From assembly GCA_947501475.1 (NCBI GenBank), contig CANMWA010000009.1, positions 76,308 to 140,307 on the forward strand: a stretch of 64,000 bases of DNA, read 5' to 3'. Positions within the stretch are counted from its first letter, which is position 1, and every line of letters starts with the position of its first letter. Shown here in pieces: positions 51,001 through 59,919 of this stretch. A program made the translations under genes and the position numbers. The notes under the pieces were generated by a model. The model did no database searches, had not been told where the DNA came from, and saw nothing but the letters and a program-made list of their open reading frames with translations. The DNA is from an uncultured Aquimarina sp. (lineage in GTDB: Bacteria > Bacteroidota > Bacteroidia > Flavobacteriales > Flavobacteriaceae).

Positions 51001-52199
51001 TCGACAGATCACCTATTAGAATCAATGCTGATTTCTCAAATATAGAAACAGCAGATTATGGCACATTTGCTAGTTTTAACCAATTAGCAAGATTTTTAAC
51101 GAATCTAAAACAGATTTTAGATAATGCAATTGGTTGTATCGAAAAAATTAACATAACGGCATTGCAACCTATACAAGGATCTGTACAGACAGCAGGAAGT
51201 ACGGTGTATAATGGTATAGACATACAAGGGCGTACGATCTCAATTAATCCAAAAGAGTTTGATGCCTATGGTGAAGAGATCGCATTTACAGTAGATGGAT
51301 TTGAAACAAATGAAACACTACTCGTAGAAAGAGCTCCAGAAGAAGTTAGGGTTGCAGTAAATGAGATTGTATATAACGAGGATAGAACAAAAGCTACAGT
51401 AACATTTGGTGTTAGTGGTAACTTCTTACCAGTATTTCCTTCTTTATTATGGAACTTTGGTGATGGAACTGAAGAACAACAAGGGTCAGAATTAGCTCAA
51501 AAGCATGAGTATACAGATATTGCAAATTTACCCAATAGAACTGCTAGTGTAAGTGTAGAAATTGCAAACCCTATATGTGGCCCAGTTACACAAGGAGTAA
51601 GAGTAGTATTCGAAGATGTCGAAGAAAAAGTATCACTAAGAATTAATCCTAGAATGTGTTTGGATTCGGCTACCGAAATGGATAGCGCTCTTACGGTACC
51701 ATTTGTAGTCACTCCCGAAGGAGGAAAATTAAAGGTTGTACGACGAACCAACGGAATGCGTATAGGAACAAATCAGATTGTATTTACCCCTTCAACCTTT
51801 AGGAGGTATGATACGCCTATAGCGTTTACAGTAAATGACCAACCAGTACCAGATACTTTAACGGTAACGAAGAAACCTAATGTTGATTTCAGTATGCAAA
51901 TTGGACCTCTCGAGATTGGAGAAATAATAGAAGATTCAGAAGGAGATATTATCGGAGGAGGAGAAGGAAGAATATTTGCAAGTAGTGTTAAGTTTAGTAT
52001 TGTGAATCTAAATGAGTTTGATGAAACACAATATAAATTTTCTTGGATTTTTGGAGATAATAGCACTTCTGAAGAGAAGAACCCTACACATCGCTATAGA
52101 TATAGAGGTGATGTTGCTGTGCCAGTAGAATTAACAGTTTCTGATGGGTTTTGTGAAACCGCAGTCGCGCAAGTATTAAGAATAAGAGTTGCTACTTGA
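48042..52199 (+). CDS. eCIS fibre-like protein B (paralogue of A) with vWA domain and three PKD-like domains
   Basis: Same N-terminal core (QFLTENLLNQ...RLSRVNLSGVGIVCG; FYRIEGHRG; GLEHKAGV); ALIVDESGS; YKWDFLGDG, LWNFGDG and SWIFGD...NPTHRY. Confidence 0.72.
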   Translation: MITKLAKITPGFRRFSRSQFLTENLLNQLFDHFDDQIRLSRVNLSGVGIVCGFEVSKTADVITIQQGLGVTTDGDLLHLYVDLDEGGKSIKFPSIAYTHFRVYDNSKSEYSPFFYQDNNQIELFELLPGYENSETLSLSNFPREDRPDLEDMVVLIYLENYERNINKCSSLNCDGEGTDIVANYRILITSKADAAYINSYDNTISKPNYGKLYYKIPEILLPKVIVTAEDFESSIKLGKRLSLPFENLKLLNNLVEGFSAIFDVLQLPDLKQRLLTKFNDLFISTTGSDLILDDLQYRYDILKDVVDTYNEIKRLLLELSSRACNANQGDFPKHLMLGEVSKEGVCYSCRHSFYKSILHTSKSGDPCFDCNAIANDQNDTICFDIHEPEQLLYSLLIRVVKQLENYNSKHTEIKITPSFLQGSLGRKAIPFYNDVDNTLLKLWDFEKSAKGIETSNRSYHRDLLNTDDPFAICIDKDFYRIEGHRGQDYKAVLNRLKELKREHAISFNVVALGISSNFFTQEGNSEEISIPMRGGEENYTSYYVNNRPGLEHKAGVTPKGTFVIVFLEDFLIQEGRSLKNRVAKIEAAEGFEGSFNPVIADFMVPYLYCDESLPTLKLPEESICFDSDTKPIPFETTPKDGFVVALVPRGLNGGVTRNANGRSFFNPKLVSPQLINTPIRFEINNQDTDAVITIHRRPEPIITTTVTYDNPFKTEVTVTYTVSGPYSSEITEYKWDFLGDGNTVIIEPDASGNVVRNYQNPVAPNPTVISSKLDVKTDFCSNTILIDPIIFDDPIVIELDFDRNEICVNPAACDVPTHIALIVDESGSISGNEITEIKDGLRAFIDGQEGTNNVITLLNMHDSDNGRPLNIIDELPIIASTKGRFTQWIDNYRTSASGAAGNSHFWTSGIGYLINDLPNVLNSLKTNPDIVILIADGVAATDSLRFKQRVAALNSRSHLFFYALSSPTETAVGYGNDLPGYLRNQVLDRSPIRINADFSNIETADYGTFASFNQLARFLTNLKQILDNAIGCIEKINITALQPIQGSVQTAGSTVYNGIDIQGRTISINPKEFDAYGEEIAFTVDGFETNETLLVERAPEEVRVAVNEIVYNEDRTKATVTFGVSGNFLPVFPSLLWNFGDGTEEQQGSELAQKHEYTDIANLPNRTASVSVEIANPICGPVTQGVRVVFEDVEEKVSLRINPRMCLDSATEMDSALTVPFVVTPEGGKLKVVRRTNGMRIGTNQIVFTPSTFRRYDTPIAFTVNDQPVPDTLTVTKKPNVDFSMQIGPLEIGEIIEDSEGDIIGGGEGRIFASSVKFSIVNLNEFDETQYKFSWIFGDNSTSEEKNPTHRYRYRGDVAVPVELTVSDGFCETAVAQVLRIRVAT

Positions 52200-52273
52200 T
52201 TATAGCAGTATAAAAGATCACGAAATCCTGATCTTTTATGTTTAAATTTATATACTATATTAAAAGAGAAATT

Positions 52274-53116
52274 ATGAAAACAATACGATACCGTTCTCGA
52301 GGAGAAGATGTTCATTACTTAGAAGAGATACTAACAAAATTAGGATATACGGTTTATGTTTCTAATTTTTTTGGAAAAGATACCCATGAAGCTGTAAAGG
52401 ATTTTCAGGCTAAAAATGGATTGGTGGTTGATGGTATAGTTGGTCTTAAATCCTGGTCAAAACTTATTGAAGCCGAAAGAAACCTGATAGCATTTAATGA
52501 TAAATTTTTATCAGAGCAGGATGCCAAAGAGTTTGCAACTCAGTTTGGTCTTGAATTAGCAATGGTAAAAGCAGTTAATGAAGTAGAAAGCAGAGGTAAA
52601 GGGTTTTTGGTGTATGGAAGACCTGTAATTTTATTTGAAGGACATATATTTTGGAGAGAATTAGAAAAACGAGGAGTGAATCCTTCTCAATACGTGTCTG
52701 AGCATACCAAAAATGTATTATATAAAAAATGGACTAGAACTCATTATAAAGGTGGGGCTGGTGAATATGATCGATTAGAAAAAGCTGCAGGGATTTCAGA
52801 TATACCTGCATTTCATGATGCTGCATATAGTGCTGCTTCATGGGGGGCTTTTCAGATCATGGGGTTTCATTATGACCATTTGGGATATGCATCTATAGAT
52901 CATTTTGTTTCAGAAATGTATGAGCACGAAAGAGAACACCTTAAAGCTTTTGGCAAATTTATCGAGAAGACTTCTTTTAAAGGAAAAAAACTAATCGATT
53001 GGATAAAAGAGAAAAATTGGGCCAAATTTGCAGAAGGATATAATGGACCAGGATATAAAAAGAATAAATACGATATCAAATTGAAGAACGCCTATGTCAA
53101 GTACAGTAACAACTAA
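52274..53116 (+). CDS. Endolysin: peptidoglycan-binding domain plus DUF3380 N-acetylmuramidase
   Basis: RGEDV..LEEIL..LGY...FQAKNGLVVDGIVG; AVNEVESRG, ILFEGHIF, SWGAFQIMGFHY. ATG at 52274 is preferred. Confidence 0.9.
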   Translation: MKTIRYRSRGEDVHYLEEILTKLGYTVYVSNFFGKDTHEAVKDFQAKNGLVVDGIVGLKSWSKLIEAERNLIAFNDKFLSEQDAKEFATQFGLELAMVKAVNEVESRGKGFLVYGRPVILFEGHIFWRELEKRGVNPSQYVSEHTKNVLYKKWTRTHYKGGAGEYDRLEKAAGISDIPAFHDAAYSAASWGAFQIMGFHYDHLGYASIDHFVSEMYEHEREHLKAFGKFIEKTSFKGKKLIDWIKEKNWAKFAEGYNGPGYKKNKYDIKLKNAYVKYSNN

Positions 53117-54449
53117 TACCATACATGAAACCGAAATACAAACGTTATTTCAATATCTAGAAAGGTATATAACATATAGACTTGATAAAGAGTTTAAAAA
53201 TGAAAAAACCGAATTACCGATACTGTATTTAGATTCTTACAAGTCTCCTTTAGCAAGTTTTATAATAAATAACAAACTCTCTGAGGTAGATGTAGTATTA
53301 ATACTTCTTGCACTTATACCACATATTAACCCTGCGTTATTGCAACAAATCGTGTCTGCGTATTTTCCAGATGGAGGTCAATTTATAGATTTTGGTGGGG
53401 CAACAGGTAAATATCATAGAGGCATTATCCCCACAGGAGAAACAGCTTTATATATCATTGTTGGAAACAACCTTGATGAACGCTTATCACTTATAGAGTA
53501 TATAAGCTCTAGGTCATCACTTTTCAAACAGCAAATATTATATATAGAAAATGTACCCAAAGGTGAACCAGTGATGAGTGGTAAATTACTTATAGATCAG
53601 GAATATTTATCATTATTAACTACGGGTAGGATATTAAAACCTAAACTTGGTCAAGATTTTCCTGCCAGCCTTATTACCACAGATCTTGAATGGACCGATT
53701 TGGTGTTACAAGAAAAAACATTAGATCAAATTCAGGAAATAGAAGTTTGGTTGAAGCATAATGATATATTGATGAATGAATGGAACATGAAGAGCAAAAT
53801 CAAACCTGGATATAGAGTAATGTTTTATGGCGCTCCTGGAACCGGTAAAACACTTACCGCTAGTTTACTAGGTAAATATACAGGCCGAGACGTATACCGT
53901 ATAGATTTATCTATGGTGATTTCAAAATATATAGGAGAGACCGAAAAAAACTTATCTTCTTTGTTCGATAAAGCAATCAATAAAGATTGGATCCTTTTTT
54001 TCGACGAAGCCGATGCTATATTTGGTAAAAGAACTAATGTAAGAGATGCCCATGATAAATATGCTAATCAAGAAGTTTCTTATTTATTGCAGCGTATAGA
54101 AGCGCATCCTGGGCTAGTTATTTTGGCTTCAAATTTTAAAACAAATATCGATACTGCATTTACAAGAAGGTTTCAATCTATTATCGAATTTCAGCTTCCA
54201 GGCAACGCCGAACGACTACAACTATGGCAAAAAATATTACCTAACAATATTGAATTAGAAGATAAGATATCTTTGGATGAATTGTCTAGAAAGTATGCTA
54301 TTACAGGAGCAAATATTGTAAATGTTATACAATATGCCAGTTTAAAAACTATAGCAAATAAGCAACAGCAAATTAGGCTGAGTTACCTTCTTGAAGGCCT
54401 TAAAAAAGAATATACCAAAGAAGGGAAAACCATTACAATTACTTCATAA
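53094..54449 (+). CDS. AAA+ ATPase (Afp15-like)
   Basis: Walker A GAPGTGKT, IDLSMVISKYIGETEKNL, Walker B LFFDEAD, DAHDKYANQEVSYLLQRIE, AFTRRF. Confidence 0.95.
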   Translation: MSSTVTTNTIHETEIQTLFQYLERYITYRLDKEFKNEKTELPILYLDSYKSPLASFIINNKLSEVDVVLILLALIPHINPALLQQIVSAYFPDGGQFIDFGGATGKYHRGIIPTGETALYIIVGNNLDERLSLIEYISSRSSLFKQQILYIENVPKGEPVMSGKLLIDQEYLSLLTTGRILKPKLGQDFPASLITTDLEWTDLVLQEKTLDQIQEIEVWLKHNDILMNEWNMKSKIKPGYRVMFYGAPGTGKTLTASLLGKYTGRDVYRIDLSMVISKYIGETEKNLSSLFDKAINKDWILFFDEADAIFGKRTNVRDAHDKYANQEVSYLLQRIEAHPGLVILASNFKTNIDTAFTRRFQSIIEFQLPGNAERLQLWQKILPNNIELEDKISLDELSRKYAITGANIVNVIQYASLKTIANKQQQIRLSYLLEGLKKEYTKEGKTITITS

Positions 54450-54565
54450 CAAACCTTACCTTATTGGATAAATCTTCTTTTTTGAAATATATGTTTTACA
54501 GGTTGTAAATTAAGTAATTAGCTATTTTTTTTAGTATCTTTAAGAGTGAACCTTCTATTGTATCC

Positions 54566-57475
54566 ATGAAGAGTACTTATCTCATATTCTTTCTAATAAT
54601 CAATGTCTGGGGAGTTATAGCTCAAAAGTTCAAGTATGTCACTTATGAAGGAGATCAAGTGCCTTTTAAGAAAGTAAATCAAGTACTTCAGGATATACAC
54701 CAATACACCTGGTTGGCAACCGATCAGGGATTGTATCGCTTTAATGGCACAACATTTCAAGAGTATAACACTTCATCACGAAGTAGACACATAAAATGTA
54801 TAATTCCTTGGACAAAAGACACCTTGCTTTTTTCAAATGATGCAGGAGTATACAAATTGTTTTATAAAGAAAATGAACCACAAATACATCCTTTTAGTCT
54901 AAGTGATAGCTCAAAAAAAAGGATAAGTTACCCTGAGCAATTATTCAAAGATTCTAACAATAGACTTTGGATTGCTCAACAAGACGGAGCCATATTTTTA
55001 AAAAACCTTACAGATGGTAGTTTACAAAAAACACCTTTGATAACTGAACAAAAACCTTCAGAAATGTTCTTTGGAGAGGATAAGTTTGGTATAGTTTGGG
55101 TGTTAGTTCCTCAAAATGGACTCTATTATTTTGAGGAAACTACCAAAGAGTTTATAGGACTAAATTCATATAATGATGCATTACATTTTTATGTAGAAGA
55201 TAACCATATTTGGTTGTTAGGTAATCAAATTCAAAAACTGCAAATTGATAATGATCAAAATGTTTTAAGTCAGAACCTTATAGATAATAAAGGTTTGTAT
55301 TTCTATACTATCAATAAAGATATATCAGGAACATATTTTCTAGCTTCGGATCAAGGTATCTATACACTAAAAGATGGTCAAAGCCAGTATATCAATAAAA
55401 TATTTGGATCTAATGATCCGCATCGAGTAGATGAGCTTCGATATACATCGATAAACCATTTATATTTCTCTCCAGATCAGATTCGTTCAGGCGGGAAAAT
55501 ATGGGTAAGCACCTCTAATGGCTTTGGGTTATTATCCTCTAGTTATTTTCAGAGTGTGTCTGGTATGTCGCATGATAATGTATTTAGTATAAGTGCAGGT
55601 AAAGACAATGAAGTTTTAGTATCCGAAAATACAGTCAATAGGATAAAAAATGTAGATGGACAGATAAGTTTTGAACCGATTGAAGGAGTAGATCGTGCCA
55701 CAGCCATAACCTCTGATAACAACAATACGTGGTTTGGTACCGCAGATGCAACTATTTTTCAATACAAAGAAAGGGTTTTGCATGCGACCTATGATATGAA
55801 AGACAGAGGAGGGAGTATATTTTACATGTTTACAGATCATGTTGGTGATAATTGGTTTTGTCAGGCACCAACTGATGAACCTATTGTTGGTGTAGCCAAA
55901 ATTGATGTAGATGGCAGGGTCATATTATATGATGAAGCCAATGGTTTGGTAAGTCGTATTTTGGTGATTCGTGAAGGAAACCATTCAGAACTATATGCGG
56001 CAGGTATAGGTAGTAATAGTTATTTGTATAAATACAATAGAGAGGCTGATGTATTTGAAAATAAAAGCCTACCCTTTTCATTTAAGGTTAGTCGTAATTT
56101 TGAAGTACATGATTTATCCATAGACGATAAAGGCATTGTGTGGCTAGGTACCACAGATGGTCTTTTAAAATATGATACTCAAACTATTCAGCGTATTGAT
56201 CTTGGTCCTTATACTAAGAATGAGATCAGATCTGTTTGTGTGATCCCAGACGGAGAAGGGTTATGGTTAGCTACAGATACCAATGGATTAGTGCATTTGG
56301 ATAAGCAAGGAGATTATGTAATTTTTGACGAAAAAAGTGGTACACTATCCAAAGTGGCCTCGTATCGTAGTATGATTATAGATAGTAACAAACAACTTTG
56401 GGTTGGTACAGCCGAAGGTGCTGTATATTCTACGCAATCTAACCCAAAACCACTTACCACCAAGACGCCTATTTGTGATACAATAAGCATAAATAATGAG
56501 TCGCAAAAATTTAAAAAACCATTACGTTTTAAAGAAGACATTGCTATTGCATTACATATTAACACAATAATTTATCCAGGAGATAATATTAAGTATCAAT
56601 ATAAGATTTATGAAGAAAATACCCAAGATGAGGGATTAAACATTCCTTGGTCATCACCTACAGAAAATAACCAAATTGTACTTCAAAAACTAAAAGCAGG
56701 CACATATTTTTTATTGGTAAAAGCACAAAAACAAGGAGGATACTCATGGAGTGACCCTTTGAAAATTGATCTTGAAATCAAAGAAAAGTGGTATAAAACA
56801 TTTTTAGGAATGTTATTTCTCATTTTAGCAGGTATCTTATTATTATGGTACTTCTTGCGTTTGTTGGTGTTTAGAAAAACAAAAAACCTTAAAACTGCAC
56901 TCTCAAGAAAACAAAAGGAACTTAGCGAAAAAGAAGAAGTAATTGTTTCTCAAACGAATATATTAAAAGCTCAGAAACAAGAACTAAAAAGTGCGGGAAC
57001 CAATATTGATCTCTTGTATCAATTGATACAAGAAATACCACAGCGAGCAGTTTGGGATGAGGCGTTACCGGTTTTAGCAAAACTAATTGAGTTTCCTACA
57101 GGAGTCGATGCTTTTGAATTGGCTTTTAAAAGAGGAGAAAAAATACGATATCGTGGTTGTAAACGAGAAGATTCTAAAATAAAAGATCGAAATGAAGGAT
57201 TTAATGAAAAAGAAAATCTGGCAACGTATGCGCTATTAAGAAATAAATCTGTGGTGATAGGAGATTTTGATCTTGAAAGCACTCAATATATTAATAAAAA
57301 AAATGATGAAGGATATCCGTCCAGAATGCTAGTGCCTTTTGAGCAGATAAATGGTACAGTAGCTGTTTTCTGCATCTTTGGGAAAGAAAAGAATAAGTTT
57401 ACACAAAGAGGGTTAACCATGATTCAAATTTTAACTACTTTTCTTTCAGTTAAAATAGTAGACGAGCTAAAATAA
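54566..57475 (+). CDS. Membrane sensor: beta-propeller, Y_Y_Y, TM helix, coiled coil and C-terminal GAF-like domain; no kinase domain
   Basis: WLATDQGLYRFNG-type repeats; YFLLVKAQ...YSWS; TM GMLFLILAGILLLWYFL; terminal SRMLVPF..ING.VAVFCIFGKEKNKFTQRGLTMIQIL GAF pattern, then stop. Confidence 0.75.
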   Translation: MKSTYLIFFLIINVWGVIAQKFKYVTYEGDQVPFKKVNQVLQDIHQYTWLATDQGLYRFNGTTFQEYNTSSRSRHIKCIIPWTKDTLLFSNDAGVYKLFYKENEPQIHPFSLSDSSKKRISYPEQLFKDSNNRLWIAQQDGAIFLKNLTDGSLQKTPLITEQKPSEMFFGEDKFGIVWVLVPQNGLYYFEETTKEFIGLNSYNDALHFYVEDNHIWLLGNQIQKLQIDNDQNVLSQNLIDNKGLYFYTINKDISGTYFLASDQGIYTLKDGQSQYINKIFGSNDPHRVDELRYTSINHLYFSPDQIRSGGKIWVSTSNGFGLLSSSYFQSVSGMSHDNVFSISAGKDNEVLVSENTVNRIKNVDGQISFEPIEGVDRATAITSDNNNTWFGTADATIFQYKERVLHATYDMKDRGGSIFYMFTDHVGDNWFCQAPTDEPIVGVAKIDVDGRVILYDEANGLVSRILVIREGNHSELYAAGIGSNSYLYKYNREADVFENKSLPFSFKVSRNFEVHDLSIDDKGIVWLGTTDGLLKYDTQTIQRIDLGPYTKNEIRSVCVIPDGEGLWLATDTNGLVHLDKQGDYVIFDEKSGTLSKVASYRSMIIDSNKQLWVGTAEGAVYSTQSNPKPLTTKTPICDTISINNESQKFKKPLRFKEDIAIALHINTIIYPGDNIKYQYKIYEENTQDEGLNIPWSSPTENNQIVLQKLKAGTYFLLVKAQKQGGYSWSDPLKIDLEIKEKWYKTFLGMLFLILAGILLLWYFLRLLVFRKTKNLKTALSRKQKELSEKEEVIVSQTNILKAQKQELKSAGTNIDLLYQLIQEIPQRAVWDEALPVLAKLIEFPTGVDAFELAFKRGEKIRYRGCKREDSKIKDRNEGFNEKENLATYALLRNKSVVIGDFDLESTQYINKKNDEGYPSRMLVPFEQINGTVAVFCIFGKEKNKFTQRGLTMIQILTTFLSVKIVDELK

Positions 57476-57645
57476 TTAAGAATTATAAACCATAAATTGA
57501 TTGTTTGGTAAGAAGTGTAACTTTGATATAAGTGCGCTAAGCCTTATGTATTACTAAAAGTTATGATGCTTTATGTGATAAAGTAAAAAAATAATATAGA
57601 AGAAGAGTAATCAAAATTAATTCATTCTTTTATATTTTTAACATT

Positions 57646-58119
57646 ATGATTGACAACTTTGAAAACGAATTTTTTGGTATCGGTATTCTAAACGGTAAAA
57701 CTCCAGAAAACCTAGGAGTACTATGGCGCTCTGCTCAAAATATGGGAGCTAGTTTTATTTTTACCATTGGCAATCGATATGCAAAACAAGCCAGTGATAC
57801 CCATAATGCTGTAAAAGCAATGCCTTATTTTCATTACAATACATTTGATGATTTTTATACTCATTTACCAAAAGGTGCTATGTTGGTTGGAGTAGAACTC
57901 ACACCTGATGCCGAACCTTTAGAGAGTTTTAAGCACCCTAAACGATGTGTGTATTTATTAGGAGCCGAAGATCATGGGTTATCTAAAAAAGCTATAGAAA
58001 AATCACAATTTTTGATAAAATTCAAATCAGAATTGAGTATCAATGTAGCTGTAGCCGGAAGTATTATTATGTATGATCGTGGCATCTCAAAACCTAGATT
58101 TATAAGAGCTATAGAATAA
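57646..58119 (+). CDS. SpoU/TrmH-family RNA methyltransferase
   Basis: ENLGVLWRSAQNMGA, LVGVEL, YLLGAEDHGLS, SINVAVAGSIIMY. Confidence 0.92.
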   Translation: MIDNFENEFFGIGILNGKTPENLGVLWRSAQNMGASFIFTIGNRYAKQASDTHNAVKAMPYFHYNTFDDFYTHLPKGAMLVGVELTPDAEPLESFKHPKRCVYLLGAEDHGLSKKAIEKSQFLIKFKSELSINVAVAGSIIMYDRGISKPRFIRAIE

Positions 58120-58249
58120 ATGAGATGCGAAAACTTAATAGATCATTATAAGTAATTAAAACCCGATAGTATGATTTCTTATAATGATTGCTTTATACCA
58201 GATCCTTATTGTTGAATACTTGATACTTGTATAAGCATAGTAAATTGAT

Positions 58250-58422
58250 ATTGTTGCTTATCGTAAGCACATTGTTGAATAGCTGGAGTTTATTGTATAG
58301 CACCAGACTGACATTGTAACATATCGCAAGCACATTGTTGAATAGCTGGAGCTTATTGTATAGCACCAGACTGACATTGTAACATATCGCAAGTGTGTTG
58401 TTACAAACCAAAACCTTATTGT
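58250..58422. repeat. 21-nt periodic array containing a near-perfect 63-nt tandem duplication (58259-58393); antisense heptad-repeat ORF 58193-58450
   Basis: ATTGT at 58250, 58271, 58292, 58313, 58334, 58355, 58376, (58397 GTTGT) and 58418; 63-mer copies start at 58259, 58322 and 58385. Confidence 0.85.
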
Positions 58423-58522
58423 AACGCGCCTGAAGTTTTTTGTACTGCATATATATCCTGCTGAGGTATAGATTGGTTACTTATTGGTTGAATTGTGACC
58501 AATACAAGTTTAATTACAATTT

Positions 58523-59905
58523 TTGTTACTACATTTATCACAACTACGATTACTATTTATGCTAAAAACAATAGAAAGTCTTGTTGAAGATTTTAGTTCC
58601 TGGGTTTGGGATTGGCCTTTACTGATACTTCTTATTGGAGGGGGTATATTCTTTTTGATTTATTCTCGATTCACACCGTTTTTCTATTTTAAACATGCGA
58701 TTGAGGTACTTAGTGGAAAATATGATAAAGAACATGCGCCAGGTGAATTAAGCCATTTTCAAGCGTTATCTTCGGCGATTGCAGCTACGGTCGGCATGGG
58801 TAATATTAGTGGTGTTGCTGTAGCTATTGTTATGGGAGGTCCAGGAGCTGTTTTTTGGATGTGGATAAGCGCTTTGATCGGTATGGCAACAAAATTTTAT
58901 ACCTGTACGTTGGCAGTTATGTATCGTTCTGAAGATGCTAATGGTCGATTATTAAGTGGTCCAATGTATGTAATTACCAATGGTTTGAGTAAACATTGGA
59001 AACCCTTGGCAATACTTTTTGCCGTAGCGGGATTGGTTGGTACTTTGCCTGCTTTTACGGCTAATCAATTAACACAAACGCTGGTTGATGTTTTAGACTG
59101 GAATGATAGTTATAAGTGGTATATCGGGTTTGTGCTGGCAGGAATAGCTTCTCTTGTAATCTTTGGAGGGATCAAACGAATAGGGATTGTTGCGAGTAGA
59201 TTAGTCCCGTTTATGGTTGTGCTGTATTTTGTTACGGTAATTACAATTTTAATATTGCAGTTCGAGGTTCTTCCTGAGATGTTTATGTTGATTTTTGAAG
59301 ATGCATTCTCAGGTAAAGCTGTTGCAGGTGGTGCTCTTGGATATTTAATTAAAACAGGTGTAAAAAGAGCGGCTTTCTCTAATGAAGCAGGTATAGGGAC
59401 TGCTCCAATGATGCACGGTACTGCAAAAACCAATGAGCCTATCAGAGAAGGGTTAGTGGCTATGTTAGGCCCAGCTATTGATACATTGTTAGTATGTACT
59501 CTTACAGCTTTGGCGATACTTTCTACTGGAGCTTGGCAAGATACAGACGATAATGGGATTTCTCTTACTTTAAAGGCTTTTAATGCTGTACTTCCTTACG
59601 GATTAGGAGATGTGGTTGTGGTTATTATGGTTTTGGTGTTTGCTTTTTCTACCTTATTCTCTTATTCTTATTATGGTGCAACTTGTTTAGGGTTTTTAAC
59701 CAAACCTAAGTATGGTAAATATTACAATTATTTGTATATCATATCAATTGTAATTGCAGCAGTGGTCAAAATTGATTTTGCAATTAATCTTATAGATAGT
59801 GCTTTTGCTTTAATGGCTATACCTACTGTAATTTCTGGATTGATACTGGCCCCAAAAGTGAATGCTATGGCAAAAACTTATTTTATAAAACTTAAGAAAC
59901 CTTGA
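58523..59905 (+). CDS. Sodium:alanine/glycine symporter (AGCS/AlsT family)
   Basis: ATVGMGNISGVA, GGPGAVFWMW, GVKRAAFSNEAGIGTAP, GPAIDTLLVCTLTA, ALMAIPT. Confidence 0.95.
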   Translation: MLLHLSQLRLLFMLKTIESLVEDFSSWVWDWPLLILLIGGGIFFLIYSRFTPFFYFKHAIEVLSGKYDKEHAPGELSHFQALSSAIAATVGMGNISGVAVAIVMGGPGAVFWMWISALIGMATKFYTCTLAVMYRSEDANGRLLSGPMYVITNGLSKHWKPLAILFAVAGLVGTLPAFTANQLTQTLVDVLDWNDSYKWYIGFVLAGIASLVIFGGIKRIGIVASRLVPFMVVLYFVTVITILILQFEVLPEMFMLIFEDAFSGKAVAGGALGYLIKTGVKRAAFSNEAGIGTAPMMHGTAKTNEPIREGLVAMLGPAIDTLLVCTLTALAILSTGAWQDTDDNGISLTLKAFNAVLPYGLGDVVVVIMVLVFAFSTLFSYSYYGATCLGFLTKPKYGKYYNYLYIISIVIAAVVKIDFAINLIDSAFALMAIPTVISGLILAPKVNAMAKTYFIKLKKP

Positions 59906-59919
59906 TATAGTAGTATTCT

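Larger units (their letters stand above)
19984..54449 (+). other. Extracellular contractile injection system (eCIS; Afp/PVC/AlgoCIS-like) gene cluster
   Basis: Co-oriented, tightly coupled genes for DUF4255, sheath, two gp19 tubes, LysM tube initiator, VgrG, PAAR, gp25, two baseplate proteins, DUF4157, fibres, tape measure, muramidase and AAA ATPase. No capsid, terminase or T6SS membrane complex. Confidence 0.93.

Noticed and set aside
19984-54449. Prophage or T6SS (subtype iii) interpretation
   Set aside because: No capsid, portal, terminase, integrase or replication genes, and no TssB/TssC pair, ClpV or membrane complex. DUF4255, DUF4157, the CIS tape measure and the Afp15-like ATPase are eCIS markers.
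57504-57525. Promoter for the SpoU methylase (TAACTTTG at 57518)
   Set aside because: The nearest TTTG is only about 10 nt upstream (non-canonical spacing) and the site is about 120 nt from the ATG; not supportable.
58259-58393. CRISPR array
   Set aside because: Head-to-tail 63-nt tandem duplication with no unique spacers.
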